From the sequence record SRR20825019_638: a stretch of DNA of 64,000 bases; one strand, 5' to 3'. Position numbers and translations under genes: made by a program. Shown piece after piece: positions 48,958-58,416 of the stretch. The number at the start of each line of letters is the position of its first letter. The first letter of the stretch is position 1. Below the pieces are notes generated by a model. It was not told the DNA's origin. It searched no databases and worked only from the letters and a program-made list of their open reading frames with translations.

Positions 48958-49800
48958 ATGAAAGCTTTTAGATACCTCTTTCTTATTTTACTGACCTATC
49001 AGGTTTCAGGTCAAGAATTACAGCCAAAAAAAGAAAAAAATCTTTGGAACCACTTTACCTACGATGTAGGTAATATGTTCGGCGGCGTCGGATATTCCTA
49101 TTCCCGTCCGTTTCACTGGCAGGGGAACGATTGGGCCAATTTTGGATATTTGACAGGGGGAACACTACTGCTCTTTACCGTCGATGAAGAACTGAACCGC
49201 TGGAAAAACGGTTTTGACCAAGACATCCCTGATGTGATTATGGATTATGGTCACGAATACGGGAGTCCAGAAAACAATTACATGCTCACTGGTGGGGTAT
49301 ATTTGGCAGGTCTCTTCACCAAAAATGAAAAACTAAGACGTACTGGTGTACTCTTGATTTCGTCGGCCACAGCCGGAGGTTTTCTTCAACAAGTGAGCAA
49401 ACGTATCATTGGTAGGGCCCGTCCCAAAAGTGGAGCAGGTTCGGCAACCTTCGACCCACTGCACCTGGACCGTGTGTACGATTACGACTCATTTCCTTCG
49501 GGCCATGCCATGTTGGCATTCAGCAACGCCTATGCCATTGCAAAACAGTTTAAGAGCCCATGGATAAAAGGCGGATTGTACACCATCGGCATGATTCCCG
49601 GATTGGTAAGGGTTATGGATGATTTTCATTGGGTCTCCGATGTAGCTTTTAGTACCGTATTGAGCATTTTTATCGTGGAGTCCATTGACAGATATCTTGA
49701 TTCCAAATATGATGAGAAGTATAATGACCAAAAGCCGAAAAACGTAAGTTGGAATCTTTCCTTTGGACCAAACACCCTTGGGGTTTCCCTTCATTTTTAA
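48958..49800 (+). CDS. PAP2 family phosphatase
   Basis: K..IGRARP, SFPSGH, R....HWVSDV. Confidence 0.9.
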   Translation: MKAFRYLFLILLTYQVSGQELQPKKEKNLWNHFTYDVGNMFGGVGYSYSRPFHWQGNDWANFGYLTGGTLLLFTVDEELNRWKNGFDQDIPDVIMDYGHEYGSPENNYMLTGGVYLAGLFTKNEKLRRTGVLLISSATAGGFLQQVSKRIIGRARPKSGAGSATFDPLHLDRVYDYDSFPSGHAMLAFSNAYAIAKQFKSPWIKGGLYTIGMIPGLVRVMDDFHWVSDVAFSTVLSIFIVESIDRYLDSKYDEKYNDQKPKNVSWNLSFGPNTLGVSLHF

Positions 49801-49830
49801 CAGATTGCGAATATAATTTCTGTTAATTAT

Positions 49831-49853
49831 TTATTTAGATTGATTTAAAATAA
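49831..49853. promoter_or_regulatory. AT-rich palindrome resembling a Bacteroidota Fur-type box
   Basis: TTATTTAGA-TTGAT-TTAAAATAA (7 of 9 positions pair) directly before a TATTTTCG -7-like element. Confidence 0.45.
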
Positions 49854-49877
49854 TTATTTTCGTGCCCTATTTCGCAA

Positions 49878-50048
49878 ATGGCCATGGGCAAAAAGAAAAA
49901 AGAAAAGAAGAAACTTAAAAAGGCTTTACTCCGAGAATTGCCTCCTACGGGCAAGGTCAAATCCAAGTGCTGCGAAAAATACAAGAAAAGCGAAAAAAAG
50001 CGCTGTAAAAAGTGTCCTTGCTTTGATTTGATGAAAAAAGTAGCCTAA
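49878..50048 (+). CDS. 56-aa Lys-rich protein with CC-x10-C-x2-C motif (not in the ORF track; alternative start 49884)
   Basis: Hand translation MAMGKKKKEKKKLKKALLRELPPTGKVKSKCCEKYKKSEKKRCKKCPCFDLMKKVA*; fills the intergenic gap and has its own promoter-like element. Confidence 0.7.
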   Translation: MAMGKKKKEKKKLKKALLRELPPTGKVKSKCCEKYKKSEKKRCKKCPCFDLMKKVA

Positions 50049-50121
50049 TCATCTCGCTTAAATCACCTGCCTCCTATTCAATTTCTGGTATTTGTCCTAT
50101 TTTTAGGGCAAACTAGAAACC

Positions 50122-51675
50122 ATGATCAAAAAAACCTCCCTTTTATTTACCATGCTCCTTTTGTCCGGCATATCCATGTTGGCACAGGACAAGGACGCAG
50201 TGATTGAAGCAATCATTCAAGAAGCCAACGAAAACTCCCAACTCGAAATCCTTGGCCATCAGCTTATGGATGGTATCGGACCTAGATTGGTCGGTACCCC
50301 ACAAATGAAAAATGCCCACGATTGGGCCGTTGCCAAATACGAAAGTTGGGGAATTCCTGCCCGCAACGAACAATGGGGCGAATGGAAAGGCTGGGAACGT
50401 GGCATTAGCCATATCGATATGGTACATCCCAGGGTACAGAGCCTAAGGGGAACCCAACTGGCCTGGAGTCCAAGTACACCAAAAAAAGGTGTCACCGCCG
50501 AATTGGTGGTTCTGCCCACGGTTTCTGACTCCATGGAATTCAAAAATTGGCTTCCGAATGTCAAGGGAAAGCTCGTAATGATTTCTATGCCGCAACCTAC
50601 GGGAAGACCTGACTACAACTGGGAAGAGTTTGCCACCGAAAAGTCGTTTGAAAAAATGAAGGATGAGCGTGAAGAGCAATCCAAAGCTTGGGATCAAAAT
50701 ATGGGTAACATAGGTTTGAACAGACGCTCCTTGCCCATTGCCCTTGAAGAAGCTGGTGCTGTCGGAATCGTAGCCTCCTATTGGTCCAGAGGGTTTGGGG
50801 TAAACAAAATTTTCGGTGCCTATACCAAAGAAATCCCGACCGTTGACTTGGAATTGGAAGATTATGGGATGCTGTATCGATTAGTGGAATCGGGGCAAAA
50901 ACCGCAACTTCATATTGTAGCAGAATCGAAAGAATTGGGCAAAGTACCCACCTTCAACACTATAGCCGAGATCAAAGGTTCCGAAAAGCCGGATGAATAT
51001 GTGATTCTATCCGCCCATTTTGATTCTTGGGACGGTGGCACCGGAGCAACCGACAACGGTACTGGAACTTTGGTAATGATGGAGGCCATGCGTATTTTGA
51101 AAAAAGCCTATCCCAACCCAAAACGCACCATTTTGGTCGGACATTGGGGCAGCGAAGAACAGGGATTGAACGGTTCCCGCGCCTTTGTTGAAGACAATCC
51201 AGAAATTGTAGCTGGCGTACAGGCTGTTTTCAATCAGGATAACGGAACGGGTAGAGTGGTTAGAATATCAGGTGGTGGATTTTTGAATTCCTATGATTAT
51301 TTAGGAAAATGGTTGCATGAAGTTCCCAAAGAAATTACCGATGAAATAGAAACGACCTTTCCCGGAACCCCTGCCCGTGGCGGTTCGGATTATGCTTCTT
51401 TTCAAGCAGCAGGGGCACCAGCTTTTAGTTTGAGTTCCTTGAGCTGGTCCTACTGGAACTATACTTGGCATACCAACAGGGACACCTACGACAAAATTAT
51501 TTTTGACGATGTAAGGAACAATGCCATCCTCACGGCAATTCTCGCCTACATGGCCAGCGAAGACCCTGAAAAGACTTCAAGGGAAAAAGCTGTGCTTCCA
51601 ATAAGTGATAGAACAGGAGAACAATTGGAGTGGCCAGAGCCACGCTCACCTGAACGCAACGGAGGTCAAAATTAA
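50122..51675 (+). CDS. M28 family metallopeptidase (secreted)
   Basis: Signal peptide, IGPRLVG, SAHFDSWD, GATDNGTG, SEEQGL.GS, SDY, WHT..DT. Confidence 0.92.
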   Translation: MIKKTSLLFTMLLLSGISMLAQDKDAVIEAIIQEANENSQLEILGHQLMDGIGPRLVGTPQMKNAHDWAVAKYESWGIPARNEQWGEWKGWERGISHIDMVHPRVQSLRGTQLAWSPSTPKKGVTAELVVLPTVSDSMEFKNWLPNVKGKLVMISMPQPTGRPDYNWEEFATEKSFEKMKDEREEQSKAWDQNMGNIGLNRRSLPIALEEAGAVGIVASYWSRGFGVNKIFGAYTKEIPTVDLELEDYGMLYRLVESGQKPQLHIVAESKELGKVPTFNTIAEIKGSEKPDEYVILSAHFDSWDGGTGATDNGTGTLVMMEAMRILKKAYPNPKRTILVGHWGSEEQGLNGSRAFVEDNPEIVAGVQAVFNQDNGTGRVVRISGGGFLNSYDYLGKWLHEVPKEITDEIETTFPGTPARGGSDYASFQAAGAPAFSLSSLSWSYWNYTWHTNRDTYDKIIFDDVRNNAILTAILAYMASEDPEKTSREKAVLPISDRTGEQLEWPEPRSPERNGGQN

Positions 51676-51688
51676 AACTACATGTAAA

Positions 51689-51716
51689 AAAAACGCCCCT
51701 AAATTGGGGCGTTTTT
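51689..51716. terminator. bidirectional intrinsic terminator
   Basis: AAAAACGCCCC-TAAATT-GGGGCGTTTTT between convergent genes. Confidence 0.88.
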
Positions 51717-51740
51717 CAACTAACTAACTAAAATCTATGT

Positions 51741-52154
51741 TTACAAAATTCGGGGCGATGCTATTTGCTGCGCCTCAACAATAGCCTCTTTCGAGATATC
51801 TTGTTTGGCTTTATATGTAAAGTATAAACTGGTTCGTTGATAATAATAGTCGCTATGCTCACAATGATTCCCACACGATTGCGCGTGCTCTGAGTAGGCA
51901 GATTGTTTGGCTTTCATATAAATATGGTAAGACGCATTATCTTGGGTCTTCAAATCATTTTCATAGCTTGTTTGATCTTTCCAAAAATCCTTCTCATCCT
52001 CCATAGAGAAAAAAACAGACAATTGTTCATGTTGGGCATCCTTACGAGCCTGTTTTTCATAAAAAGGTATTTCATTATCCTGTGCGGATATTTTAGTGAT
52101 TACCCCTAGGGCAAAAAGTGCTACTATTTGAACTCTTAATCTCATCCCTCGCAT
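51741..52154 (-). CDS. hypothetical exported protein
   Basis: Signal peptide ..ISAQ; DE.DFW.DQ and H..SC..HCEHS motifs. Confidence 0.7.
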   Translation of the reverse strand: MRGMRLRVQIVALFALGVITKISAQDNEIPFYEKQARKDAQHEQLSVFFSMEDEKDFWKDQTSYENDLKTQDNASYHIYMKAKQSAYSEHAQSCGNHCEHSDYYYQRTSLYFTYKAKQDISKEAIVEAQQIASPRIL

Positions 52155-52237
52155 TTATTATATGTACGTTGTTCATTCGAAAAAAGTTCTGGCGTTTGTA
52201 CTTATAACAACTAAAAAAGAATTTACCCTAATACCAA

Positions 52238-52272
52238 AAACAAAAAAGGAGGCCAAACCTCCTTTTTTGTTT
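52238..52272 (-). terminator. intrinsic terminator after ssb
   Basis: AAACAAAAAAGGAGG-CCAAA-CCTCCTTTTTTGTTT (15-bp IR). Confidence 0.88.
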
Positions 52273-52283
52273 CGAATTCATGA

Positions 52284-52616
52284 TCACTTTCCTAACATCA
52301 ACAATTCGTTACATTTAATTTCGGTGATATATCTTTTTTCACCCTCGTTGGTCTCGTACGACCGGTTCATGAGCTTACCTTCTATTATGACTTCTTTTCC
52401 TTTTGATAAAAAATCCTCTGTTATCTCAGCTAATTTGCCCCACGCCACAATATTGTGCCATTGCGTGTCTGTTATCTTTTCGCCCTTTGCATTTTTGTAG
52501 GATTCATTTGTTGCGATGGAAAATTTGGCCAATTTGGTGCCATTTTCCAAAATGATGATTTCAGGGTCGTTTCCCAAGTTTCCAATCAATTGTACTTTGT
52601 TTCTAAGTGAGTTCAT
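52284..52616 (-). CDS. ssb: single-stranded DNA-binding protein, OB fold only
   Basis: NKVQLIGNLGNDPE, FSIATNE, TQWHNIVAWG, KG..V.IEGKL..RSY. Confidence 0.95.
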   Translation of the reverse strand: MNSLRNKVQLIGNLGNDPEIIILENGTKLAKFSIATNESYKNAKGEKITDTQWHNIVAWGKLAEITEDFLSKGKEVIIEGKLMNRSYETNEGEKRYITEIKCNELLMLGK

Positions 52617-52815
52617 AGTAATAAGATTTAAGAGTTGAACATGTGCTCATCGAACTTCATTGCTCGACGAGGCAAACTTAGAAGCTTTAGAAAGTGTTAT
52701 TTGACATGTAATCGTTTGCTTTCGTTTGTAAACATATGTAAACAATTACACGTATTTAAAAGTGACCTAAGAATGTTAACTGTGTCTTATTAATTAACCA
52801 ATAACTACTTAGTCC

Positions 52816-53040
52816 ATGGCAATCCGAAGTATCAATAAATATATTGTTCTCAAAAGATTTAGTTTGGGCAAGATGCTTTACGATAAATTGGATACCATTT
52901 ATGTACAGGAACATGACCCTGTAAACAAAGAACCCCAGAAGGTTTTCAACGGTGAGAAGGAATATGTTACTGACATTTCTTCAGACGTATACCTTTCATT
53001 GCGCAAAGGATTCATTATAGACGATCAGGAAACAGACTGA
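52816..53040 (+). CDS. hypothetical protein
   Basis: 74-aa ORF with ATG, divergent from ssb. Confidence 0.6.
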   Translation: MAIRSINKYIVLKRFSLGKMLYDKLDTIYVQEHDPVNKEPQKVFNGEKEYVTDISSDVYLSLRKGFIIDDQETD

Positions 53041-53251
53041 TCTCAACTGCGTTAAAGCACCAAACAAAGACGATTTTTAGTAATCCGTCTAGCCAAAGCT
53101 TACTTATCCCCTACCCAATAGTGGCCACAGGCCAATTTAGCACCAAAAGAATCCTCGCATACCTTTTGCATCAATATTTACATCATTTCAATCAATCCGC
53201 GCGTGTGTTGGTATGTAATTTTATAGAAAACAAATCAAAAAAATCTATTAT

Positions 53252-53746
53252 ATGGAAGCTGTTAAAGCAAAAAATAAAACTTTCAAAAAACTAGGATTCA
53301 CTTATTTGGAAACTGCTGAAATAGTAGTAAGCCTAAATACCCTTTTGGCCAACTATCAGGTTTTTTATAATAAACTGAGAAATTTCCATTGGAATATTGA
53401 AGGGCCAGAGTTTTTTGAACTGCACGAAGAGTTTGAGAACGAATACAACACAGTTAAAGAAAACATTGATATTGTTGCGGAAAGAATCCGTGTATTTGGC
53501 GTAAAAAGCAATTTTTCGCTTAAAAAAACACTGGAGCTCTCAAAAATAAAAGAACAAGAAAAAAATATCTCCGCACTAGAAATGGTCAGGGAAGTTTTGC
53601 ACGACTACGAAATTCTACATGATAGCATGTTGGACGCCATAAACGCCGCTCTTGAAACAGGTGATGTAGTCACAGAGAATATGCTGACGGAATTTATGAC
53701 AGCGTTGGAGAAAAGACACTGGATGTTCACCGCTTACCTCAAATAG
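53252..53746 (+). CDS. dps: Dps family ferritin-like protein
   Basis: NFHWNIEGPEFFELHEEFE, D.VAERI, EKRHWM. Confidence 0.93.
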   Translation: MEAVKAKNKTFKKLGFTYLETAEIVVSLNTLLANYQVFYNKLRNFHWNIEGPEFFELHEEFENEYNTVKENIDIVAERIRVFGVKSNFSLKKTLELSKIKEQEKNISALEMVREVLHDYEILHDSMLDAINAALETGDVVTENMLTEFMTALEKRHWMFTAYLK

Positions 53747-53795
53747 TTGAAGCACACATTCAGCGAACTGATTTATTAACTATAAAAACTATACT

Positions 53796-54266
53796 ATGAA
53801 AAAGTTGATTACCATACTATCACTAGCAACCCTAACCGCTTTTGCAGGTTATGGTCAGAATAAAAATTCCGGGGTCATGAAGGCCACTACGCAACTAAAA
53901 ACCTTTACCATTTCCGAAAATGGAAAGGAAAAGGAATATAGCGTAAAGGTGATGGAACGAAGGAACTATACCATGGAACTGGACAGCAAGGACAAAGGAA
54001 TGGTGAACCAAGATAGGAAACCATCATCCGCATATGTCACCAAATTGGTAGCCATAGATAGTGACTCAGACCCCAACTATGACGATTATATGGTACTAAA
54101 ATACAAAGGTTCCGAAAGGAACAACTTTGAGGTGGTACAGACCGATAACGGTTTTGATATTAACGTTGACGATAGATCCATGCACTACAATGTGTTGGAA
54201 AGCAATTACCTCATTGACAAGAAGGATAAAAGTTTCTTTATAATTGAGGAATTTGAATCGGAATAG
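53796..54266 (+). CDS. hypothetical exported protein
   Basis: Signal peptide MKKLITILS..GYGQ. Confidence 0.7.
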   Translation: MKKLITILSLATLTAFAGYGQNKNSGVMKATTQLKTFTISENGKEKEYSVKVMERRNYTMELDSKDKGMVNQDRKPSSAYVTKLVAIDSDSDPNYDDYMVLKYKGSERNNFEVVQTDNGFDINVDDRSMHYNVLESNYLIDKKDKSFFIIEEFESE

Positions 54267-54298
54267 TTGATATGATTTCGTTTTTTGATTGATGATGG

Positions 54299-54327
54299 AG
54301 CCAGGGATTTTCCCTGGCTTTTTCTTT
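54299..54327 (+). terminator. intrinsic terminator
   Basis: AGCCAGGGA-TTT-TCCCTGGCT followed by TTTTCTTT. Confidence 0.85.
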
Positions 54328-54375
54328 GCTCAAATCGATGGATTAAAACTTATATTTGAACTTTAATTTCAACCT

Positions 54376-54978
54376 ATGGATTCTTGGCTGCGCCCTATTC
54401 AATTGGAAGGAGAATTGGTAAAATTAGTTCCCCTGCAAAAAACGCACAAAGTGGATTTGGCCTTTGCCGCATCTGATGGGAAACTTTGGGAGTTGTGGTA
54501 CACAGCCGTTCCCTCGCCAAAAACCATAGATACCTATATTGAGACTGCGTTATCCGAACAGGCTTCGGGAAAAGCATTGCCCTTTGCCATCATCAACAAA
54601 AAAACAAACACTATTGTAGGGACCACCCGCTACCTTAATGTGGACGCCAAGAACAAACGCGTGGAAATAGGTGCTACTTGGTACTCCAAAAAAGTCCAGC
54701 GAACAGGAATCAATACCGAATGCAAGTACATTTTGCTAAAATATGCGTTTGAAAACTTAAACTGTATTGCGGTCGAATTTAGAACGCACTTCCACAACCA
54801 TCCTTCCAGAAATGCCATTTTGAGGTTGGGTGCCAAACAGGATGGTATTTTAAGAAACCACCGGGTAGATGAACACGGCAATTTAAGGGATACCGTTGTA
54901 TTCTCCATTTTGGACAGCGAATGGAAAACCGTAAAAACTTCGTTGGAATTTAAAATGACGAGGAGTTACTTGGGTTAA
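54376..54978 (+). CDS. GNAT (RimJ/RimL-like) N-acetyltransferase
   Basis: EIGATW, QRTGINTE, N..SRNAILRLGA..DGILR, RDTV.FSI. Confidence 0.92.
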   Translation: MDSWLRPIQLEGELVKLVPLQKTHKVDLAFAASDGKLWELWYTAVPSPKTIDTYIETALSEQASGKALPFAIINKKTNTIVGTTRYLNVDAKNKRVEIGATWYSKKVQRTGINTECKYILLKYAFENLNCIAVEFRTHFHNHPSRNAILRLGAKQDGILRNHRVDEHGNLRDTVVFSILDSEWKTVKTSLEFKMTRSYLG

Positions 54979-56111
54979 CCTTTGCTCAGCTTCACCAAGT
55001 TGGCAAAATTGTAACTGGCCAATTTTAAGTTCGCCACCGTGTTTGCTTTGGCATCGTCCAAATTCCCAATTTGATTAAGAATGGATACTGCATAGTCCAA
55101 TCCCATTTCTTGCATCTCGTTAATGTCAACATCAACAGACCCGCAAAAGGCGGCAACGGGAACGTTTCTTTTTTTTGCTGATTTTATAATCCCGCTAATG
55201 GTTTTTCCAGAAAAAGTCTGTCCGTCCAATTGTCCTTCGCCCGTAATCACCCAATCCGCTCCTTGCAACGCTTCATCAAAATTGGCTAGCTGCATAATCA
55301 AATCAACACCAGAAACCAGTTCGGCATTCAAGAAAACTACCGCTCCCCCACCAACACCGCCGGCAGCTCCAGAACCTGGAATATTTTGGACATCAATGTC
55401 GAATGATGCTTTAAGAATTTCGGAAAAAATTTTTAACCCTCCATCCAAAAACTCGATATCCTCCTCAGAAGCACCTTTTTGGGCGCCATAAATTTTGGCC
55501 GCACCGTTTTCCCCATAAAAAGGATTGTTCACATCGCACGCCACTTGAATTTTAACTTCGGCCAGCTTTGGATGGATATTGTTTTGACTGATTTCCTTCA
55601 CCTGGCTCAAATTTTTCCCAATCGGTTTCAATTCATTTCCATGGGTATCAAAAAATTGATAGCCCAACGCTTTAGCCATCCCCATGCCACCATCATTGGT
55701 TGCACTGCCTCCAATCCCCAACAATATGGTTTGGACACCACGCTCCAAAGCGTCCAAAATCATCTCACCGGTGCCCAAGGTAGTGGTTTGCATACAATCC
55801 ATTTCGGTTTTTTGCAGCAACTTATAACCGGATGCTTCGGACATTTCGATAAAAGCCGTTTGCCCATCCTCCGACAGCAGATATTGTGTTGTAATCTCCC
55901 TAAAAAGAGGATCATTGACCTTTACGCTCACCTTTGATGCTTTGAGATAATCCGCCACAACATCAATGGTGCCATCTCCACCATCGGCCAAAGGCATCTT
56001 CAAAATTTCCGATTTTGGGAAAACTTTATCGATACCTTGAGCAACGGTTTTACAAAATTCGCGTCCTGTGAGCGAGCCTTTATATTTATCGGGTGCCAAA
56101 ATAAATTTCAT
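54975..56111 (-). CDS. glycerate kinase
   Basis: APDKYKGSL, ADGGDGT, GIGGSATNDGG, GSGAAGG, TGEG..D.QT..GK. Confidence 0.95.
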   Translation of the reverse strand: MKFILAPDKYKGSLTGREFCKTVAQGIDKVFPKSEILKMPLADGGDGTIDVVADYLKASKVSVKVNDPLFREITTQYLLSEDGQTAFIEMSEASGYKLLQKTEMDCMQTTTLGTGEMILDALERGVQTILLGIGGSATNDGGMGMAKALGYQFFDTHGNELKPIGKNLSQVKEISQNNIHPKLAEVKIQVACDVNNPFYGENGAAKIYGAQKGASEEDIEFLDGGLKIFSEILKASFDIDVQNIPGSGAAGGVGGGAVVFLNAELVSGVDLIMQLANFDEALQGADWVITGEGQLDGQTFSGKTISGIIKSAKKRNVPVAAFCGSVDVDINEMQEMGLDYAVSILNQIGNLDDAKANTVANLKLASYNFANLVKLSKG

Positions 56112-56236
56112 CCCTACAATGTACTCAAGTTTATCGAGTTAATCCAAAGATTTGAATCAATACAAGGGAGCAAAATCCAAAACGGCACAGGTTTTGAACA
56201 TAAGGCGGAAGTATTTATCTTTAATAAAATTACATC

Positions 56237-56935
56237 ATGAGAAAGACTATAATTTTTGTAGCAACAGCTTTAATTACTATGACAACCTTTGCCCAATCCA
56301 AAAACTTTTTGGACACTCCCTATTTGGAAACCTCTTCACAAGTGGACACGCTGGTAACCCCGGATAAAATCTATCTGAACATTATTATTCAAGAAAAGGA
56401 CACTAAAGGCCGTGTCTCCGTAGAAGAACAGGAAAACCAAATGGCACAGCGCTTTAAGGCCATGGGCATTGATTTGGATGAGCAACTGGTCATCAAGGAT
56501 ATGGGAAGTAACTTTAAAAAATATTTCCTGCGCCAAAAAGAGGTGCTCAAAAGCAAGCAATATTCCCTAGTGGTTTATTCTGGAAAAGAACTGGGCGAAG
56601 TAATGGTTGCCTTGGAACAATTGGACATTGCCAACACAAGCATTGAAAAAACCGAGTACTCCAAAATGGAAGAACTGGAACTCGAACTACGAACAAAGGC
56701 CGTAAAAAAAGCGTTGCAAAAAGCGGAAGCCTTAACAAAACCGTTGGGTCAAAAAGTGGGAATGGCCATTCACATTGCCGACAATTCGCAATACTACCCA
56801 CGATACAACCAAGCTCCGATGATGGAAATGAAAGCTGTTTCCGCCGACATGGGCAACGCACAACCTTTGGACATCGATTTTGAAAAAATACGAGTGGAGA
56901 CCACAGTAAACGTAAAATTCGCCCTGTCCAATTAA
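56237..56935 (+). CDS. SIMPL (DUF541) domain protein
   Basis: Signal peptide, VTPD, AV.KA..KAE.L, C-terminal V.VKF. Confidence 0.85.
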   Translation: MRKTIIFVATALITMTTFAQSKNFLDTPYLETSSQVDTLVTPDKIYLNIIIQEKDTKGRVSVEEQENQMAQRFKAMGIDLDEQLVIKDMGSNFKKYFLRQKEVLKSKQYSLVVYSGKELGEVMVALEQLDIANTSIEKTEYSKMEELELELRTKAVKKALQKAEALTKPLGQKVGMAIHIADNSQYYPRYNQAPMMEMKAVSADMGNAQPLDIDFEKIRVETTVNVKFALSN

Positions 56936-56971
56936 TGGATAGGGTTTCATCAATCAAAAACCGACCAACCC

Positions 56972-57463
56972 ATGAAATCAATCGTACTTATTTTGCTGTT
57001 TTGCGCAGGAATCGTTTCTGCCCAGGAAACGCTTCAACTTTCCGAAGGAGAATCATCCCCCAAGGCAAATTTAGAGGAAGTCGCATGGATAGAAGGCCAT
57101 TGGACCGGTGAAGCCTTCGGTGGAATTGCTGAAGAAATCTGGAGTGCACCTTTGGGCAACTCCATGATGTTCGTGTTCCGATTGGTAAACGATGACAAAG
57201 TATCCTTCTATGAGTCAGGACACATTCAACAATTGGACGATTCCATTATACTACAGCTTAAACATTTTGATGGAAACATGAGGGGTTGGGAAGAAAAAGA
57301 CCAGACCATCGACTTTAAACTGGTGAAACTTGAACCCAACAAGGTATATTTTGAGGGACTTACCATGGAAAAAATAAGCGAAGACCAAATCAATGTTTGG
57401 GTCCTTATCGAGGAAAACGGAAATACCGGAGAAGTTCTTTTTGCATACAACCGAATGAAGTAA
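56972..57463 (+). CDS. DUF6265-like exported protein
   Basis: WIEGHW.G, EE.W..P.G..M, LKHF, WEEKD. Confidence 0.75.
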   Translation: MKSIVLILLFCAGIVSAQETLQLSEGESSPKANLEEVAWIEGHWTGEAFGGIAEEIWSAPLGNSMMFVFRLVNDDKVSFYESGHIQQLDDSIILQLKHFDGNMRGWEEKDQTIDFKLVKLEPNKVYFEGLTMEKISEDQINVWVLIEENGNTGEVLFAYNRMK

Positions 57464-57471
57464 CAAAATAA

Positions 57472-58053
57472 GTGAAGACCATGTCGGCAAACTTTTGGAC
57501 AGATCAGAAGTTCACAAAACGGGATTATACTAAGCAAAAATTGCCCAAGGGCGATTACGAAAATTGCCGTTTTGTGGACTGCCTGTTCTCCAAGGGGTAC
57601 TTGGACAACCAAAATTTTGTGGAGTGCACTTTTGAAGGATGCGACCTTACCAATACCAATATCGCCAATACTACTTTTAACGATGTAATTTTTAAGGACT
57701 GTAAAATGGTGGGGGTTCAGTTTGAAACTTGCAATCAACTTTTATTATCACTACGTTTTAGCGGATGTAATCTTTCGGTGGCATCTTTTCATGGAATGGA
57801 TTTGCCACGTATCATTTTTGATGGGTGCAAGTTCCATCAAACCGACTTTACAGACAGTAATCTGATACAAGCTAAGTTCCCAGAATGTGATTTTGAAAAT
57901 GCTCTTTTCGACGGCACCCATTTAGAACAGGCCGATTTTACCTCGGCCGTTAATTTCAACATCGACCCATCCATCAATCACATAAAAAAAACCCGCTTCA
58001 GCGAGAGCGGGCTAATCGGTTTATTAAAAAAGTATGATATTGTAGTGACCTAA
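57472..58053 (+). CDS. pentapeptide repeat protein
   Basis: Repeated (A/C).(F/L).. pentapeptides (CTFEG CDLTN ... ADFTS). Confidence 0.92.
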   Translation: MKTMSANFWTDQKFTKRDYTKQKLPKGDYENCRFVDCLFSKGYLDNQNFVECTFEGCDLTNTNIANTTFNDVIFKDCKMVGVQFETCNQLLLSLRFSGCNLSVASFHGMDLPRIIFDGCKFHQTDFTDSNLIQAKFPECDFENALFDGTHLEQADFTSAVNFNIDPSINHIKKTRFSESGLIGLLKKYDIVVT

Positions 58054-58062
58054 TCTTATCCT

Positions 58063-58416
58063 ATGCCTGAAAGAAAATGCTTGGTCTGTGGCGAAAAACT
58101 CTTGGGCCGTATCGACCAAAAGTACTGTTCCGACCATTGTAGAAACGCATACAATAACCTACTGAACAGAGACAGCAAAAACCTTGTTCGAAACATCAAC
58201 AACAAGCTTCGCAAGAATTATAGAATTCTTGACAGTTTCCCTCTCAAAGAGGGCAAAACCAAGACCACCAAAATGCGGTTGCTGGACAAAGGTTTCGATT
58301 TTGAATACCTCACCAACCTGTATACCACCAAAAAAGGCAGCACCTATTTTTTTGTCTACGATTTGGGCTATCTACCCCTCGACAATGACTATTTTATGAT
58401 CGTAAAAAGGGAATGA
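58063..58416 (+). CDS. conserved hypothetical protein with N-terminal zinc ribbon
   Basis: CLVCG...GRIDQKYCSDHCR.AYNN; L.KNYRIL; GFDF.Y.T; YF.YD.GY. Confidence 0.85.
   Translation: MPERKCLVCGEKLLGRIDQKYCSDHCRNAYNNLLNRDSKNLVRNINNKLRKNYRILDSFPLKEGKTKTTKMRLLDKGFDFEYLTNLYTTKKGSTYFFVYDLGYLPLDNDYFMIVKRE

Noticed and set aside
56183-56198. Sigma54-like sequence CGGCACAGGTTTTGAA upstream of the SIMPL gene
   Set aside because: It lacks the canonical -12 GC, and an alternative -7-like element lies closer to the start; not supportable from sequence alone.
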